Positions 1 through 9,596 of a stretch of 64,000 nucleotides of DNA are shown here, piece by piece. The DNA is from Longimicrobiales bacterium (GTDB taxonomy: Bacteria > Gemmatimonadota > Gemmatimonadetes > Longimicrobiales > Gaopeijiaceae), in NCBI GenBank assembly GCA_028284495.1, contig JANQRP010000015.1, positions 6,466-70,465 on the forward strand, in the 5' to 3' direction. How positions within the stretch are numbered: the stretch's first letter is position 1; every line of letters starts with the position of its first letter. The notes under the pieces were generated by a model, which had not been told where the DNA came from, searched no databases, and saw nothing but the letters and a program-made list of their open reading frames with translations. A program made the position numbers and the translations under genes.

Positions 1-973
1 CGTCGCCGAGAAGCCGCACCAGCGCGTCCGCGAGCGCGTCGAGGTCGCCCGGCTCGACGAGCAGGCCCGTCCGCCCGTCCACGACCGCCTCGGGCGTGCC
101 GCCCACGCGCGTCGCCACTACCGGTAGGCCGGCCCCCGCCGCCTCCAGGAGCGCAACACCCAGGCCTTCCGAGCGCGCCGGATGCACGAGGAGGTCGCAG
201 CACTGCAGCAGCTCGACCAGGTCCTTCCGGAATCCGGGGAGCCGGACACGATCCCGCAGCCGCTCGCGATCGATCTGCTCGGCGATCGCCTTGCGGCGCG
301 GACCGTCCCCGAACAGGACCACTCGCGTCCGCGGTTCGGCGGCCACCACGCGCGGCAGGACGTCGAGCAGAAGGTCGTGGCCCTTCCGATCGACGAACTG
401 CGCGACCATTGCGACCACGAGCGCGTCGTCGGGCAGGTCGAAGGCGCGTCGCGCCGCACCCGGGTCGGGACAGTCGAACGGCATCGCCTCGGCGTCGATC
501 GCGGAGTGGATCGTGACGACCTGGTCGGGCGGGATGCCCTCGCCGATCAGCACGTCGCGGATCCCGTCGCTGACGGCGATGACGCGGTCGCAGCGTCCGT
601 ACTTGATCCGCGCGATGAACCCGGGCTCCGGTGTGTCGACCCGTCGGGTCAGGACGGTGGGCACGTCGGAGCGCCACGCCGCGAGAAGCCCGAGGGTGTC
701 GGCGCCGCGGCGTGAGTGGAGGTGGACGATGTCGGGCTTCTCGTCCTCGATCCGTGCCTTGAACCGCCGGACGAACCCGAAGTCCGCCTCACCATGGAAG
801 AGGAGCGGGATGGTCGGGATGCCGCGGGAGTCCGCGGTCGCGAGCACGTCGCTGTCCTCCGGCGCCATCAGGATGGCGTCGTCGCCCATGGCGCGCAGAC
901 CCGCCACGAGGTGCAGGACCTGGACGCCCGCGCCGTGCACGTGCCGTCGGGTCTCGAGATGGAGTGTCTTCAC
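1..973 (-). CDS. Glycosyltransferase family 4 (GT-B), 3' end runs off the window
   Basis: Manually translated from GTG at 973: MKTLHLETRRHVHGAGVQVLHLV...KPDIVHLHS...VAQFVDRKGHDLLL...HPARSEGLGVALLEAAGAGLPVVATRVGGTPEAVVDGRTGLLV, the GT4 EGxGxxxxEA signature. Absent from the ORF track because no stop lies in the window. Confidence 0.9.
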   Translation of the reverse strand, partial: MKTLHLETRRHVHGAGVQVLHLVAGLRAMGDDAILMAPEDSDVLATADSRGIPTIPLLFHGEADFGFVRRFKARIEDEKPDIVHLHSRRGADTLGLLAAWRSDVPTVLTRRVDTPEPGFIARIKYGRCDRVIAVSDGIRDVLIGEGIPPDQVVTIHSAIDAEAMPFDCPDPGAARRAFDLPDDALVVAMVAQFVDRKGHDLLLDVLPRVVAAEPRTRVVLFGDGPRRKAIAEQIDRERLRDRVRLPGFRKDLVELLQCCDLLVHPARSEGLGVALLEAAGAGLPVVATRVGGTPEAVVDGRTGLLVEPGDLDALADALVRLLGD

Positions 974-1004
974 GGGCGGAACGTGGGCGACCGACGGGCG
1001 GTTG

Positions 1005-2138
1005 TCACGAACGTGCGGGCGGTCGGGGGTCGGGTCGGCCTTCCAGCAGGTCTTCGACGTGCCCCAGCACCTCGTCCCGGGTGATCCGATCCATGCACCA
1101 CCAGGCGCCATCGCAGGTCGGACCCGGACCGCGTACCATGCACCGCACGCACTCGAGCTCGTCGTGTCGGATGATGCGGGTCACGTCGGTAGGAGGCACG
1201 ACGTAGGCCGCAGGCCCGAACAGGCAGACGGTGGGCCGGTCGTGGTAGTGCGCCACGTGGGTGAGGCCGGTGTCCACCCCGACGACGAGGTTCGCCTCGG
1301 CGACGATCGCCGCCGCCGCGCCCAGCGACGTACGACCAACCAGATCGACCAGGGGCGACGACGTGATTCCGCGAACGATACGAGCGGTGGCCTCGCGGTC
1401 ACCGGGACCGCCGAGCATCACGACGGGGTGTCCGGTCCGCGTGTGCAGCGCGTCGATCAGCGGCCCCCACCGGGACTCCTCCCAGTGCTTCTGGGGTCGG
1501 GTCGTGTGCGGGATCACCACCACGTAGCCGTCGCCGACGCCCACTGCAGCGAGGTGGTCGCGCGCCTCCATTCGGGCCGCCGCCGGCACCGGTGCGTGGA
1601 GCCGCCACGCGTCGGCATCGAGCCCCATCCACGCGGCGACGTCGCGGAAGTCGCCGCCCATCCGATCCACGTCGGTCCAGCCGGGGAAGCGGTGCGTGTA
1701 CATCGCGGCGCTCCCCTCCCTGGCGTCGTACCCGATCCGGATCGGCGCACCGGTGACGCGGGCCAGGAGCCCGCTGCGCAGCATTCCGTGAAGGTCCACC
1801 ACCAGGTCGTACCGCCGCGCCCGCAGGCGGCGGCGCAGGGACAGGGCCTCGCGCGCGAGTGCGATCAGCCGGCCCGACCGGAGGAGCCGCTTCCACCGCG
1901 TCCGGTCCCAGACCACCAGCTCGTCGATGGCGGGGTGGCCCTCGACCATGTCGGAGGCCGGCTTCTCGACGACCCAGTCGATCTCCACCCCGGGCCACCG
2001 CGTCTTCACGAGGTCGGCGAAGGGGAGCGCGAAGAGGACGTCGCCCCGCGCGCTGAGCCGGATGAGGAGAACCCTCCGGGGATGCTCCGGTAGATCCGGG
2101 GGCGGGGGAATGGGGCCGCCGTCGTAGGGTGGGGTCAC
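1005..2138 (-). CDS. Glycosyltransferase family 9 (LPS heptosyltransferase-like, WaaC/WaaF family)
   Basis: RRVLLIRLSARGDVL...IDWVVEK...YDLVVDLHGMLRS...DLVGRTSL...VGVDTGLTHVA. Start estimated at GTG 2138 (track ORF begins 2216). Confidence 0.85.
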   Translation of the reverse strand: MTPPYDGGPIPPPPDLPEHPRRVLLIRLSARGDVLFALPFADLVKTRWPGVEIDWVVEKPASDMVEGHPAIDELVVWDRTRWKRLLRSGRLIALAREALSLRRRLRARRYDLVVDLHGMLRSGLLARVTGAPIRIGYDAREGSAAMYTHRFPGWTDVDRMGGDFRDVAAWMGLDADAWRLHAPVPAAARMEARDHLAAVGVGDGYVVVIPHTTRPQKHWEESRWGPLIDALHTRTGHPVVMLGGPGDREATARIVRGITSSPLVDLVGRTSLGAAAAIVAEANLVVGVDTGLTHVAHYHDRPTVCLFGPAAYVVPPTDVTRIIRHDELECVRCMVRGPGPTCDGAWWCMDRITRDEVLGHVEDLLEGRPDPRPPARS

Positions 2139-2222
2139 GGAAGCGGGACGCGTGTGCTGGCGCGTGGGCTGGATGGGGCCGCGTGCGTTGGCACCCGGGC
2201 CGGATGCGGCCATCATCTTAAC

Positions 2223-3467
2223 ATGATCCGCCCTCTCGACGCCGCATATGCGGCCCTGCTGGGCGTCACGTCACCGGTGTGGGGGTTTTCGCTCCTGCGC
2301 ACGGGCAAGTGGCGGACCGACTGGAAGGGTCGGCGTGGCTTCGCGCCGCCGCCGCCCGACGTCGACGCTCCGACGGCCCTCCTCCACGGCGTCAGCGTCG
2401 GTGAGGTCGTCGCGGCGGAGCCGCTGGTCCGCCGGCTGCACGCGGAGGGCGTGCGGGTAGTCGTGTCCGCCACCACCAACACCGGGACGGAGCGGGCGCG
2501 TGCCCTCTTCGCACCCGAGCACCCAGTCGTGCGGTTCCCGCTCGACTTCAGCTGGATGGTGTCCCGGTTCCTCGACCGGGTACGCCCGGATGCCGTGGCG
2601 CTCCTCGAGCTCGAGGTGTGGCCGCACTTCACGGCCGAGTGCCGGCGGCGCGGGATCCCCGTGTCGGTCGTGAACGGCCGGCTCACGGAGTCGAGCTTCC
2701 GGGGGTACCGCCGCCTGAGAGGGCTGGCGGGACCCTCGTTCCGGCGCCTCACCCGCGTAGGCGCGCAGACCCGTGAATACGCCGATCGATTCGAGGGCCT
2801 CGGGGTTCCGGCGGACCGGATCGACGTCACGGGCACCATGAAGTGGGACGTCGAACTGCCGGACGACCTGTCGGCACGGGCCGCCGAGCTGCGAGCGGAC
2901 CTCGGAGTCCCTTCCGACCGTCCCGTCGTGGTCGCGATCTCGACCGGCCCCGACGAGGAGCGCGCACTTCTCGACGCCGTTCCGGCGGACGTGACCCTCG
3001 TCGTGGTGCCCCGGAAGCCCGAACGGTTCGCCGAGGTCGCGAGCCTCACGGAGTGGACCAGGCGCAGCGAGCGTCGGGGTCCCGACGGGCGTACCGGGCC
3101 CGCCGAGGGACCCTTCCTCATCGACACGATGGGGGAGGCGGAGGTGGCGACCGCACTCGCCGACGTCGTCGTGATCGGTCGAACTTTCGACGGGCTCGGA
3201 GGGTCCAACCCCATTCCGGCCGCCGCGCTCGGCAAGCCGATCGTGGCCGGACCGGACCACCACAACTTCGCGCAGGTCGTCGAGGCGCTCGGGCCGGCGG
3301 TCCGGGTCATCGACGATCCGTCGGCGATCGGTGCCGTGCTTGCCGACCGTGCCGCGCTCGAGCGGATGGCCCGCGCGGGGCCGGACGTGGTCGCGGCGCA
3401 GCGCGGCGCCACGGAGCGCAACGCGGCCCTCGTGCTCGACATGCTTTCCGGGCATGGATCCAGCTAG
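2223..3467 (+). CDS. waaA: 3-deoxy-D-manno-octulosonic acid (Kdo) transferase
   Basis: LLHGVSVGEV, RFPLDF, LELEVWP, VNGRLTESSFRGY, VVPRKPERF, IDTMGE, GG(S)NPI motifs; sits upstream of msbA/lpxL. Confidence 0.9.
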   Translation: MIRPLDAAYAALLGVTSPVWGFSLLRTGKWRTDWKGRRGFAPPPPDVDAPTALLHGVSVGEVVAAEPLVRRLHAEGVRVVVSATTNTGTERARALFAPEHPVVRFPLDFSWMVSRFLDRVRPDAVALLELEVWPHFTAECRRRGIPVSVVNGRLTESSFRGYRRLRGLAGPSFRRLTRVGAQTREYADRFEGLGVPADRIDVTGTMKWDVELPDDLSARAAELRADLGVPSDRPVVVAISTGPDEERALLDAVPADVTLVVVPRKPERFAEVASLTEWTRRSERRGPDGRTGPAEGPFLIDTMGEAEVATALADVVVIGRTFDGLGGSNPIPAAALGKPIVAGPDHHNFAQVVEALGPAVRVIDDPSAIGAVLADRAALERMARAGPDVVAAQRGATERNAALVLDMLSGHGSS

Positions 3468-3476
3468 CTTTTCGAC

Positions 3477-5333
3477 GTGAGTCTCTACTTCCGCATCCTC
3501 GGATACCTCCGGCCCCACGCCGGCCTGTTCATGGTCGGCGCGGCCGCCACGTTCGCGTTCGCTGCGCTGGATGCGTGGACGTACGTGCTGCTCATCCCCT
3601 TCGTGAGTGCGCTCTTCGGTCAGGGCGAGGTGCCCGGCAACGCATCCGGGGCCGCCGACGGGCCGCCCAACGCGATGGAGCGGTTCCTCGACGCGACCGT
3701 CCACCAGTGGATCGACCTCGACGCGACGGCGCCGGAGGAGATGCTGGTCGCGGTGCAGCAGGTGATCCTCCTGATCCTGCTGACGTTCCTGCTCAAGAAC
3801 GTCTTCGACTTCCTCCGGAACTACCTGATCGCGCGGGTGGAGCAGGGGGTGACGCGGGACCTCCGTCGCGAGGTCTACGACCATCTCCTCGAGCTGGACC
3901 TCGCATTCTTCGGGCGAACGAGGATGGGTCAGATCGTGTCGCGGCTCACGCACGACGTCGAGCAGCTCCGAACCCTGCTGGCTCGCGAACTCGCGAAGAT
4001 GCTGTCGGCGGTGTTCGAGTTCGTGGTCGCCTTCGTCGCGATGATCGCCATCTCGTGGCAGCTCACGCTGGCCGCCTTCGTGGTGATCCCGGGCACCATG
4101 GCGATCTGGGGCCCGCTCGTGAAGAAGCTCCGGCGGGGCGACCGGCGCGTGCTGGACCTCGCGGGCGACGTGAACGGCCACATCCAGGAGACGCTCTCCG
4201 GGATCCGCCTGGTGAAGTCCTCCGGGGCGGAGCGGCTGGAGCGGACGCGCTTCCACCGTCTCACCCAGGACTACTTCAGGACGTTCGTCCGAACCGAGCG
4301 CTGGCGGGCCCTGGCGGCGCCGGGGACCGAGACGCTGGCCGCGGTCGGCACGGTCGTCATCCTGTGGCTCGGCGCGAACCTGGTGATGATCGAGCAGTCT
4401 CTGACCGGGGCCCAGTTCGTCGGCTTTCTCGCCCTCTCGCTCAAGCTGTACCAGCCGGTAAAGTACGCCGCGAAGTTCCCCGCGCTGGTGCAGCCCGGAC
4501 TGGTCGGGGCGGAGCGGGTCTTCGAGTTCCTGGACGCTCCCGCCGAAATCCACGATCGGACCGGAGCGCTCCCCTTCCCGGGGCTGCGGAAGGGTGTGCG
4601 GTTCGACGATGTGACGTTCGCCTACCGCGAGGGGCAGGTGGTGCTGTCCCACATCGACCTCGACATCCCGGCGGGAACCGTCACGGCGCTCGTGGGGCCG
4701 AGCGGGGCGGGGAAGACCACCCTCGTGGATCTCCTCGGGCGCTTCTACGACGTGACGGACGGGCGCATCTCGATCGACGACGTGGACCTTCGGGACATCC
4801 GCATCGAGGACCTCCGCGGCAGCCTGGGCATCGTGTCGCAGGAAACGGTCCTCTTCCACGACACGGTGCGCGCGAACATCGCGTACGGTCGACCCGACGC
4901 GAGTGACGAGGCCGTCGAGGCGGCGGCCCGGGCCGCGAACGCGCACGCCTTCGTGCGGGCGCTTCCGGAGGGGTACGACACGATGGTCGGGGAGCGCGGA
5001 ACCGAGCTCTCGGGCGGACAGCGGCAGCGGATCGCGATCGCCCGCGCGTTGCTCAGGGATCCGCCGATCCTCGTATTCGACGAGGCGACCAGCGCGCTCG
5101 ACACCGAGTCGGAACGGCTGGTACAGGACGCGATCGAGCGCCTGCTCCGTGGAAGGACGGTGTTCGTGATCGCCCACCGCCTCTCGACCATCCAGCGGGC
5201 CGACCGCATCGTCGTGCTGGACGAGGGGCGCATCGTCGAGCAGGGCCGGCACGAGGAGTTGCTCGAGGCGGGCGGGACCTACCGGCGCCTCCACGAGATG
5301 CAGTTCCGCGAGAGTTCGGCCCCGGCCGAGTGA
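3477..5333 (+). CDS. msbA: Lipid A export ABC transporter ATP-binding/permease (MsbA-like)
   Basis: N-terminal TM domain, Walker A GPSGAGKT, signature LSGGQRQR, Walker B VFDEATSALD, H-loop IAHRLST; lipid A gene context. Confidence 0.85.
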   Translation: MSLYFRILGYLRPHAGLFMVGAAATFAFAALDAWTYVLLIPFVSALFGQGEVPGNASGAADGPPNAMERFLDATVHQWIDLDATAPEEMLVAVQQVILLILLTFLLKNVFDFLRNYLIARVEQGVTRDLRREVYDHLLELDLAFFGRTRMGQIVSRLTHDVEQLRTLLARELAKMLSAVFEFVVAFVAMIAISWQLTLAAFVVIPGTMAIWGPLVKKLRRGDRRVLDLAGDVNGHIQETLSGIRLVKSSGAERLERTRFHRLTQDYFRTFVRTERWRALAAPGTETLAAVGTVVILWLGANLVMIEQSLTGAQFVGFLALSLKLYQPVKYAAKFPALVQPGLVGAERVFEFLDAPAEIHDRTGALPFPGLRKGVRFDDVTFAYREGQVVLSHIDLDIPAGTVTALVGPSGAGKTTLVDLLGRFYDVTDGRISIDDVDLRDIRIEDLRGSLGIVSQETVLFHDTVRANIAYGRPDASDEAVEAAARAANAHAFVRALPEGYDTMVGERGTELSGGQRQRIAIARALLRDPPILVFDEATSALDTESERLVQDAIERLLRGRTVFVIAHRLSTIQRADRIVVLDEGRIVEQGRHEELLEAGGTYRRLHEMQFRESSAPAE

Positions 5334-5346
5334 CACCCGTTCCATC

Positions 5347-6234
5347 GTGCGAGACCGGCTCGAGTACGCGCTGTTTCGGCTGCTGCGCGGCGTCCTGACT
5401 CTCCTCCCCGAGCCCGCATCGCGCGCGCTCGGGTCCGGACTCGGGTGGTTCGTCGGGGTGGTGCTCGGTCTCCGGCGGAAGGTCGTGCGGGAGAACCTGG
5501 AGATCGCGTTCCCGGACTGGACACCGGCTCAGCGCCGACGAATCGCCCGTCGGTCCTGGGCGCACCTCGGTCGAGAGGCGGTCGCGACGTTCCGCCTGTC
5601 CGCGGAGACGCCCGCTTCGGTGCGATCCCGGATCGAGGGGTGGCACGGGTTCGACGCGTTCGCAGCGCGGGTGCAGGAGGGGGACGGTGCTATCGCGGTG
5701 ACCGGCCACTTCGGCAACTGGGAGATGGCCGGCGCGGTGGTCGCCGCCCGCGGCCTTCCCATCGACGCGGTCGCCACGACGCAGCGGAACCCGCTCTTCA
5801 ACCGCGATCTGGTCGAGTCCCGGGGTGACCTCGGCATGACGATCGTGCCGCGGGACGAGGCCCCGCGCCGCGTTCTGAAAGGTCTGCGCAAGGGGCACGT
5901 GGCGGGGATCGTGGGCGACCAAAACGTGGCGGTCGGGGGTATTCACGTCGAGTTCATGGGGCGTCCGGCCGCAACCGCTCGCGGTGCGGCCGTGTTCGCC
6001 CTCCGGACCGGAGCCCCCCTCTTCGTCGGGCTCGCGGTCGCGCTTCCGGGTTCGCGATGGCGCTACCGCTTCTCGATCGAAGAGGTGACCATTGAGGCCA
6101 GCGGCGATTTCGACGAGGACGTGCGTCGGCTGACGCAGGCACACACGGACGTGCTCGAGCGGGCCGTACGGGCGCATCCGGAGCAGTATTTCTGGCCGCA
6201 CAAGCGCTGGAAGGAGCGAACGACGACCAAATGA
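5347..6234 (+). CDS. lpxL: Lipid A biosynthesis acyltransferase (LpxL/HtrB family)
   Basis: TGHFGNWEM (HxxxxE/D), GIVGDQN, FMGRPAAT, PEQYFWPHKRWK. Confidence 0.85.
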   Translation: MRDRLEYALFRLLRGVLTLLPEPASRALGSGLGWFVGVVLGLRRKVVRENLEIAFPDWTPAQRRRIARRSWAHLGREAVATFRLSAETPASVRSRIEGWHGFDAFAARVQEGDGAIAVTGHFGNWEMAGAVVAARGLPIDAVATTQRNPLFNRDLVESRGDLGMTIVPRDEAPRRVLKGLRKGHVAGIVGDQNVAVGGIHVEFMGRPAATARGAAVFALRTGAPLFVGLAVALPGSRWRYRFSIEEVTIEASGDFDEDVRRLTQAHTDVLERAVRAHPEQYFWPHKRWKERTTTK

Positions 6235-6980
6235 TCCACGTCTGCATCCCCACCCGTGACGAGGCCACCACGCTCGGGCCCCTTCTGTGGAAGGTCCGGC
6301 GCGTGTTCGGTGCGCTCGGGCGCGACTTCCGGATCCTGGTGTTCGACGACGCGTCGAGCGACGACACGGCCGAGGTACTGGCCCGCTACGAGGGTACGCT
6401 CCCCATCACCGTGATCCGCTCCGACGCTCCCGTCGGGTACGGCGCCGCGGTGGACCGACTGCTCCGCCGCGCGGCACATGACTCCGAGTACCCCAAGCGG
6501 GATGCCGCGCTGGTCGTTCAGGCGGACTTCACGGACGACCTGGACGCGGTCGAGGAGCAGGTGAAGACACTCGAAGGCGGTGCGGACATCGTGGCCGGTG
6601 CCGTGCGGGAGTGGACGCCGGAGACCACACCGAAGGGTGTCGCGTGGGCGCGCCGGCTCGCGCCCTGGGTCCTGGGTCCCGCGCTGCGTGGCGCGCCGGC
6701 CGACCCGCTCACCGGATTCCGGGCATACCGCCTGGTCGTGGTGAAGAAGGCGCTCCGCGACGACGACGCGCCGATCGCGTCCTCGGACGAGCCGTGGGTG
6801 GCGAATCTCGAGACGCTCCATCGGCTGGCGCCGGAAGCCCGGCGCATCGAGGAGGTCGACGTGCGGATGCGGTACGAGCGGCACGCCCGCGAGTCGCGCT
6901 TCCGCGCCCCCCGCGCACTCAAGGCGCTCTTCGCGTGCCGTGGACGCCGCTGGCCGACCGACGAGGGGAGGGCCGCGTGA
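6231..6980 (+). CDS. Glycosyltransferase family 2
   Basis: VCIPTRDE, VFDDASSDDT, G(Y)GAA, DPLTGFRAYR; ATGA overlap with lpxL. The usual DxD motif reads QAD. Confidence 0.75.
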   Translation: MIHVCIPTRDEATTLGPLLWKVRRVFGALGRDFRILVFDDASSDDTAEVLARYEGTLPITVIRSDAPVGYGAAVDRLLRRAAHDSEYPKRDAALVVQADFTDDLDAVEEQVKTLEGGADIVAGAVREWTPETTPKGVAWARRLAPWVLGPALRGAPADPLTGFRAYRLVVVKKALRDDDAPIASSDEPWVANLETLHRLAPEARRIEEVDVRMRYERHARESRFRAPRALKALFACRGRRWPTDEGRAA

Positions 6981-7819
6981 TGCTCCGTCGAGCCGCCGCC
7001 GTCCTCGTCGCGTGCGTCGCCCTCTGCGCCGATGCCGCCGCGGCCCAGAACTCGGACGGAATCACGATCCGGATGCCGGACAGCCTCGCCACGACCGAGC
7101 CGCCCGACGTCCCCTTCGGCCCGGGCGAGGACCTCTACTACCAGGTGAAGCTCGGGATCTTCTCCGTCGGCGAGGCGAACCTCCGTGTGCTTCCGGAAGA
7201 CACGGTGCGGGGGCGCCGGACCTATCCGGTCGAACTCGCCATCAACGGCAGCGCCTTCTTCGGCCGTGCCAAGGTCCGAGACCTCTTCCAGTCGTGGATG
7301 GACGTGTACACGCTGTCGTCCCTCCGCTTCCGCAAGGACCAGCACGAGCTCAGCTACAAGAGCAAGAAGTGGTACGAGATCTACCCCGAACGGCAGGAAT
7401 GGGATCGGGCCGAGCCGGACATCGACGAGTCGGGACCCACGATCTCGGAGCTGCCGCTCGACGAGATCGCCTTCCTCTTCTTCATCCGGACCCTCGACCT
7501 CGAGGTGGGGAAGGAGTACACCTTCGATCACTACTTCAAGGAGGACGGGAATCCGGTCGTCCTCCGGGTGCTGCGGCGTGAGGTGAAGGAGGTCCCGGCC
7601 GGGACGTTCCGCACCATCGTGGTCCAGCCGATCATCCAGACCGACGGCCTCTTCTCCGAGGGGGGTGAGGCGGAAGTCTATCTCACGGACGACGACGAGA
7701 AGCACATCGTGCATCTGCGCTCCAGCATTCCGGTGATGGGGTCGCTGACGCTCAACCTTCGGCAGATCGCCGACCCCTCCTCCGACGGCCTCGCGAGCCG
7801 GGTGGACAACGGCGGGTGA
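6980..7819 (+). CDS. Secreted DUF3108-like beta-rich protein
   Basis: Signal peptide MLRRAAAVLVACVALCADAAAAQ; PFGPGEDLYYQV...VPAGTFRTIVVQP...EVYLTDD..HIV pattern; TGATG overlap with GT2. Track ORF 6611..7819 is over-extended. Confidence 0.7.
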   Translation: MLRRAAAVLVACVALCADAAAAQNSDGITIRMPDSLATTEPPDVPFGPGEDLYYQVKLGIFSVGEANLRVLPEDTVRGRRTYPVELAINGSAFFGRAKVRDLFQSWMDVYTLSSLRFRKDQHELSYKSKKWYEIYPERQEWDRAEPDIDESGPTISELPLDEIAFLFFIRTLDLEVGKEYTFDHYFKEDGNPVVLRVLRREVKEVPAGTFRTIVVQPIIQTDGLFSEGGEAEVYLTDDDEKHIVHLRSSIPVMGSLTLNLRQIADPSSDGLASRVDNGG

Positions 7820-8364
7820 AGCTCACGCTGCGGAAGCTGCGCCTGAAGGGGGCGTGGCTCCTCGTCGTCCCGTTCCTCTGGTTCGCGACCTCGACCGCGA
7901 ACACGCTCGCCATCGGCGGCGTGATGGCCGTGCTGGGGCTCCTCGTCCGGACGCTCGCGGCGGGCTTCATCCACAAGGACGACACCCTCACGACCACGGG
8001 ACCGTACGCCCACACCCGCAACCCGCTCTACGTCGGCAGCTTCCTGCTGGGACTGGGGGTGACAGTGGCCGGCGGGAACCTGCTGTTCGTGGCCGTCTTC
8101 CTCGTGTTCTTCGTCACCATCTACACCGCCTCGATTCGCGACGAGGCCGCCTTCCTCGCGGACCGGTACGGGCAGGCGTACGCCGACTACGCGGCCAACG
8201 TCCCGCTGTTCGTCCCGCGACCGACGCCCTGGCGCTCGGCCGGAGTCGACGCGCGTCCCGAGTTCTCGGGCGCGCAGTGGCGGAAGAACCGGGAGTACGA
8301 GGCGCTTCTGGGGACCGTCGCGGCGTTCGTGGCGCTCGCGGCCCGGATGATGCTCGCGGGCTGA
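7816..8364 (+). CDS. Isoprenylcysteine carboxyl methyltransferase / phospholipid methyltransferase family membrane protein
   Basis: LTTTGPYAHTRNPLYVG and EAAFLADRYGQAYADYAANVPLFVP motifs; hydrophobic helices; GTGA overlap. Confidence 0.8.
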   Translation: MKLTLRKLRLKGAWLLVVPFLWFATSTANTLAIGGVMAVLGLLVRTLAAGFIHKDDTLTTTGPYAHTRNPLYVGSFLLGLGVTVAGGNLLFVAVFLVFFVTIYTASIRDEAAFLADRYGQAYADYAANVPLFVPRPTPWRSAGVDARPEFSGAQWRKNREYEALLGTVAAFVALAARMMLAG

Positions 8365-8370
8365 GGTCGT

Positions 8371-8796
8371 TCAGGAGCTGACGGGGGTGCCCTCGCCCGG
8401 CTCCTCGTCGGTCTCCCAGAGGTAGAGGATCGGGCCTTCGTGCCACGTCCCCTTCACCTGGATGCGGAAGGTGTAGGTGCCCGCCTTCGGGAAGACCACA
8501 TCGGTGAGCGGCTCGATGTAGTACGTCCGGGGCGCGGGCCCGCTCGGGTCGGCGTCCGCGACCTCGGTGTATCCGGTGCCCTCGAGGGACGGATTCCCGT
8601 CCGGGTCCAGCAGCTGGACCTTGAAGGTGAACCGACCGTGGTCCGCACGATCCCACTCGACGATGGTCACCAGCGTCAGCTCGTGCTTGGCCGGGAATCC
8701 CGGCGCGTAGAGGTCGTTGTACTGACCCTCGACGAAGAGGCGACCGTCGGACCGCTGAACCGCCCGGTCGCAGACGCAGGAGAGGAGGAGCTTCAT
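8371..8796 (-). CDS. Small beta-sandwich protein (DUF6941-like)
   Basis: MKLLLSCVCDRAVQRSDGRL...VFPKAGTYTFRI; start overlaps the upstream stop; coding-like codon usage. It is the 3' part of track ORF 8371..10314. Confidence 0.6.
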   Translation of the reverse strand: MKLLLSCVCDRAVQRSDGRLFVEGQYNDLYAPGFPAKHELTLVTIVEWDRADHGRFTFKVQLLDPDGNPSLEGTGYTEVADADPSGPAPRTYYIEPLTDVVFPKAGTYTFRIQVKGTWHEGPILYLWETDEEPGEGTPVSS

Positions 8797-9587
8797 CGGC
8801 TCGTGTCGAGAGGCGTGGTGTCGAACGCGCCGGCCGGAAGGTCGGCGCCGAACTCGACCACGCGGTACCGCTCGGTCACCCGCATGATCCCCTGGGGAAA
8901 CTCGACCACCTGACGTCGCACCACCGGACGCGGGCCGTCGAACTCGAGGGCGTAGGATCCGGATGGCTGTCCGGCCACGGTGATGTCGCGGAACACGGAG
9001 GTCGCGTCGGTCGCCTCGGGGATGTCGACCTGCGCGGCATCGGTCGGCGTCACGACGACCCACTCCGCGACTCCACCGTCCGCGTGGTCGGGCGGCGCCG
9101 CACCGCTCAAGCGGGCGAGATTGTGCAGGACGCCCATCCGCGTGAACCCGACGCCGAGCGCGTCGCGCAGCGCCGGCGGCGTGTCGGCGCCGCCCTCGGA
9201 CCCCGTCCAGAACATGCGCTCCCCGTCGGAGATGAGCGTCATGTCGAGCGCCTGGCCGGCGAAGTCGCCGTTCGCCTCCAGCCGGGCCCGACCGTCGTCT
9301 CCGAGCAGGAGCGTGCCGGTCAGGTCGGCGGCGACGGCGCCCTCCGCGGTGACGTCGAAGGCGATCCGCGTCGGCGGGCCTCCCGATCGGAGCGAGGCCT
9401 CGAAGGCCTCGAAGGCCTCGGACGGCGAGGTTGGCCCGGGCTGACCGCTGGCCTCGGCGGACGGGGCCCCCTCCGGCTGCGCTCCGTCCGCCGGGGCGCC
9501 CTCGCCTCCGCACCCCGCGATCGCGATCGCGATCCCGACCACGCCCGTGACGAGGCTGCGGGAGGATCCGCGCACTGATCTGGTCAT
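8793..9587 (-). CDS. Hypothetical lipoprotein
   Basis: Lipobox-like IAIAG-C after a hydrophobic stretch; purine-rich RBS; 9 nt downstream of the hydantoinase B stop. Confidence 0.65.
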   Translation of the reverse strand: MTRSVRGSSRSLVTGVVGIAIAIAGCGGEGAPADGAQPEGAPSAEASGQPGPTSPSEAFEAFEASLRSGGPPTRIAFDVTAEGAVAADLTGTLLLGDDGRARLEANGDFAGQALDMTLISDGERMFWTGSEGGADTPPALRDALGVGFTRMGVLHNLARLSGAAPPDHADGGVAEWVVVTPTDAAQVDIPEATDATSVFRDITVAGQPSGSYALEFDGPRPVVRRQVVEFPQGIMRVTERYRVVEFGADLPAGAFDTTPLDTSR

Positions 9588-9596
9588 GCTCTCTCC

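Noticed and set aside
2271-5345. Very long antisense or alternative-frame ORFs in the track (e.g. 96..2093+, 2271..5345-, 30537..32465-, 48358..51294+, 55833..58394+)
   Set aside because: They overlap well-supported genes on the opposite strand or frame, are Arg/Pro/Gly-rich with no motifs, and are expected from stop-codon scarcity at high GC.
9395-9421. Short tandem repeats (gaaggcctc units here; 15-bp units at about 11588-11630)
   Set aside because: In-frame coding repeats (EAF, EEEVA) without spacers; not a CRISPR array or mobile element.
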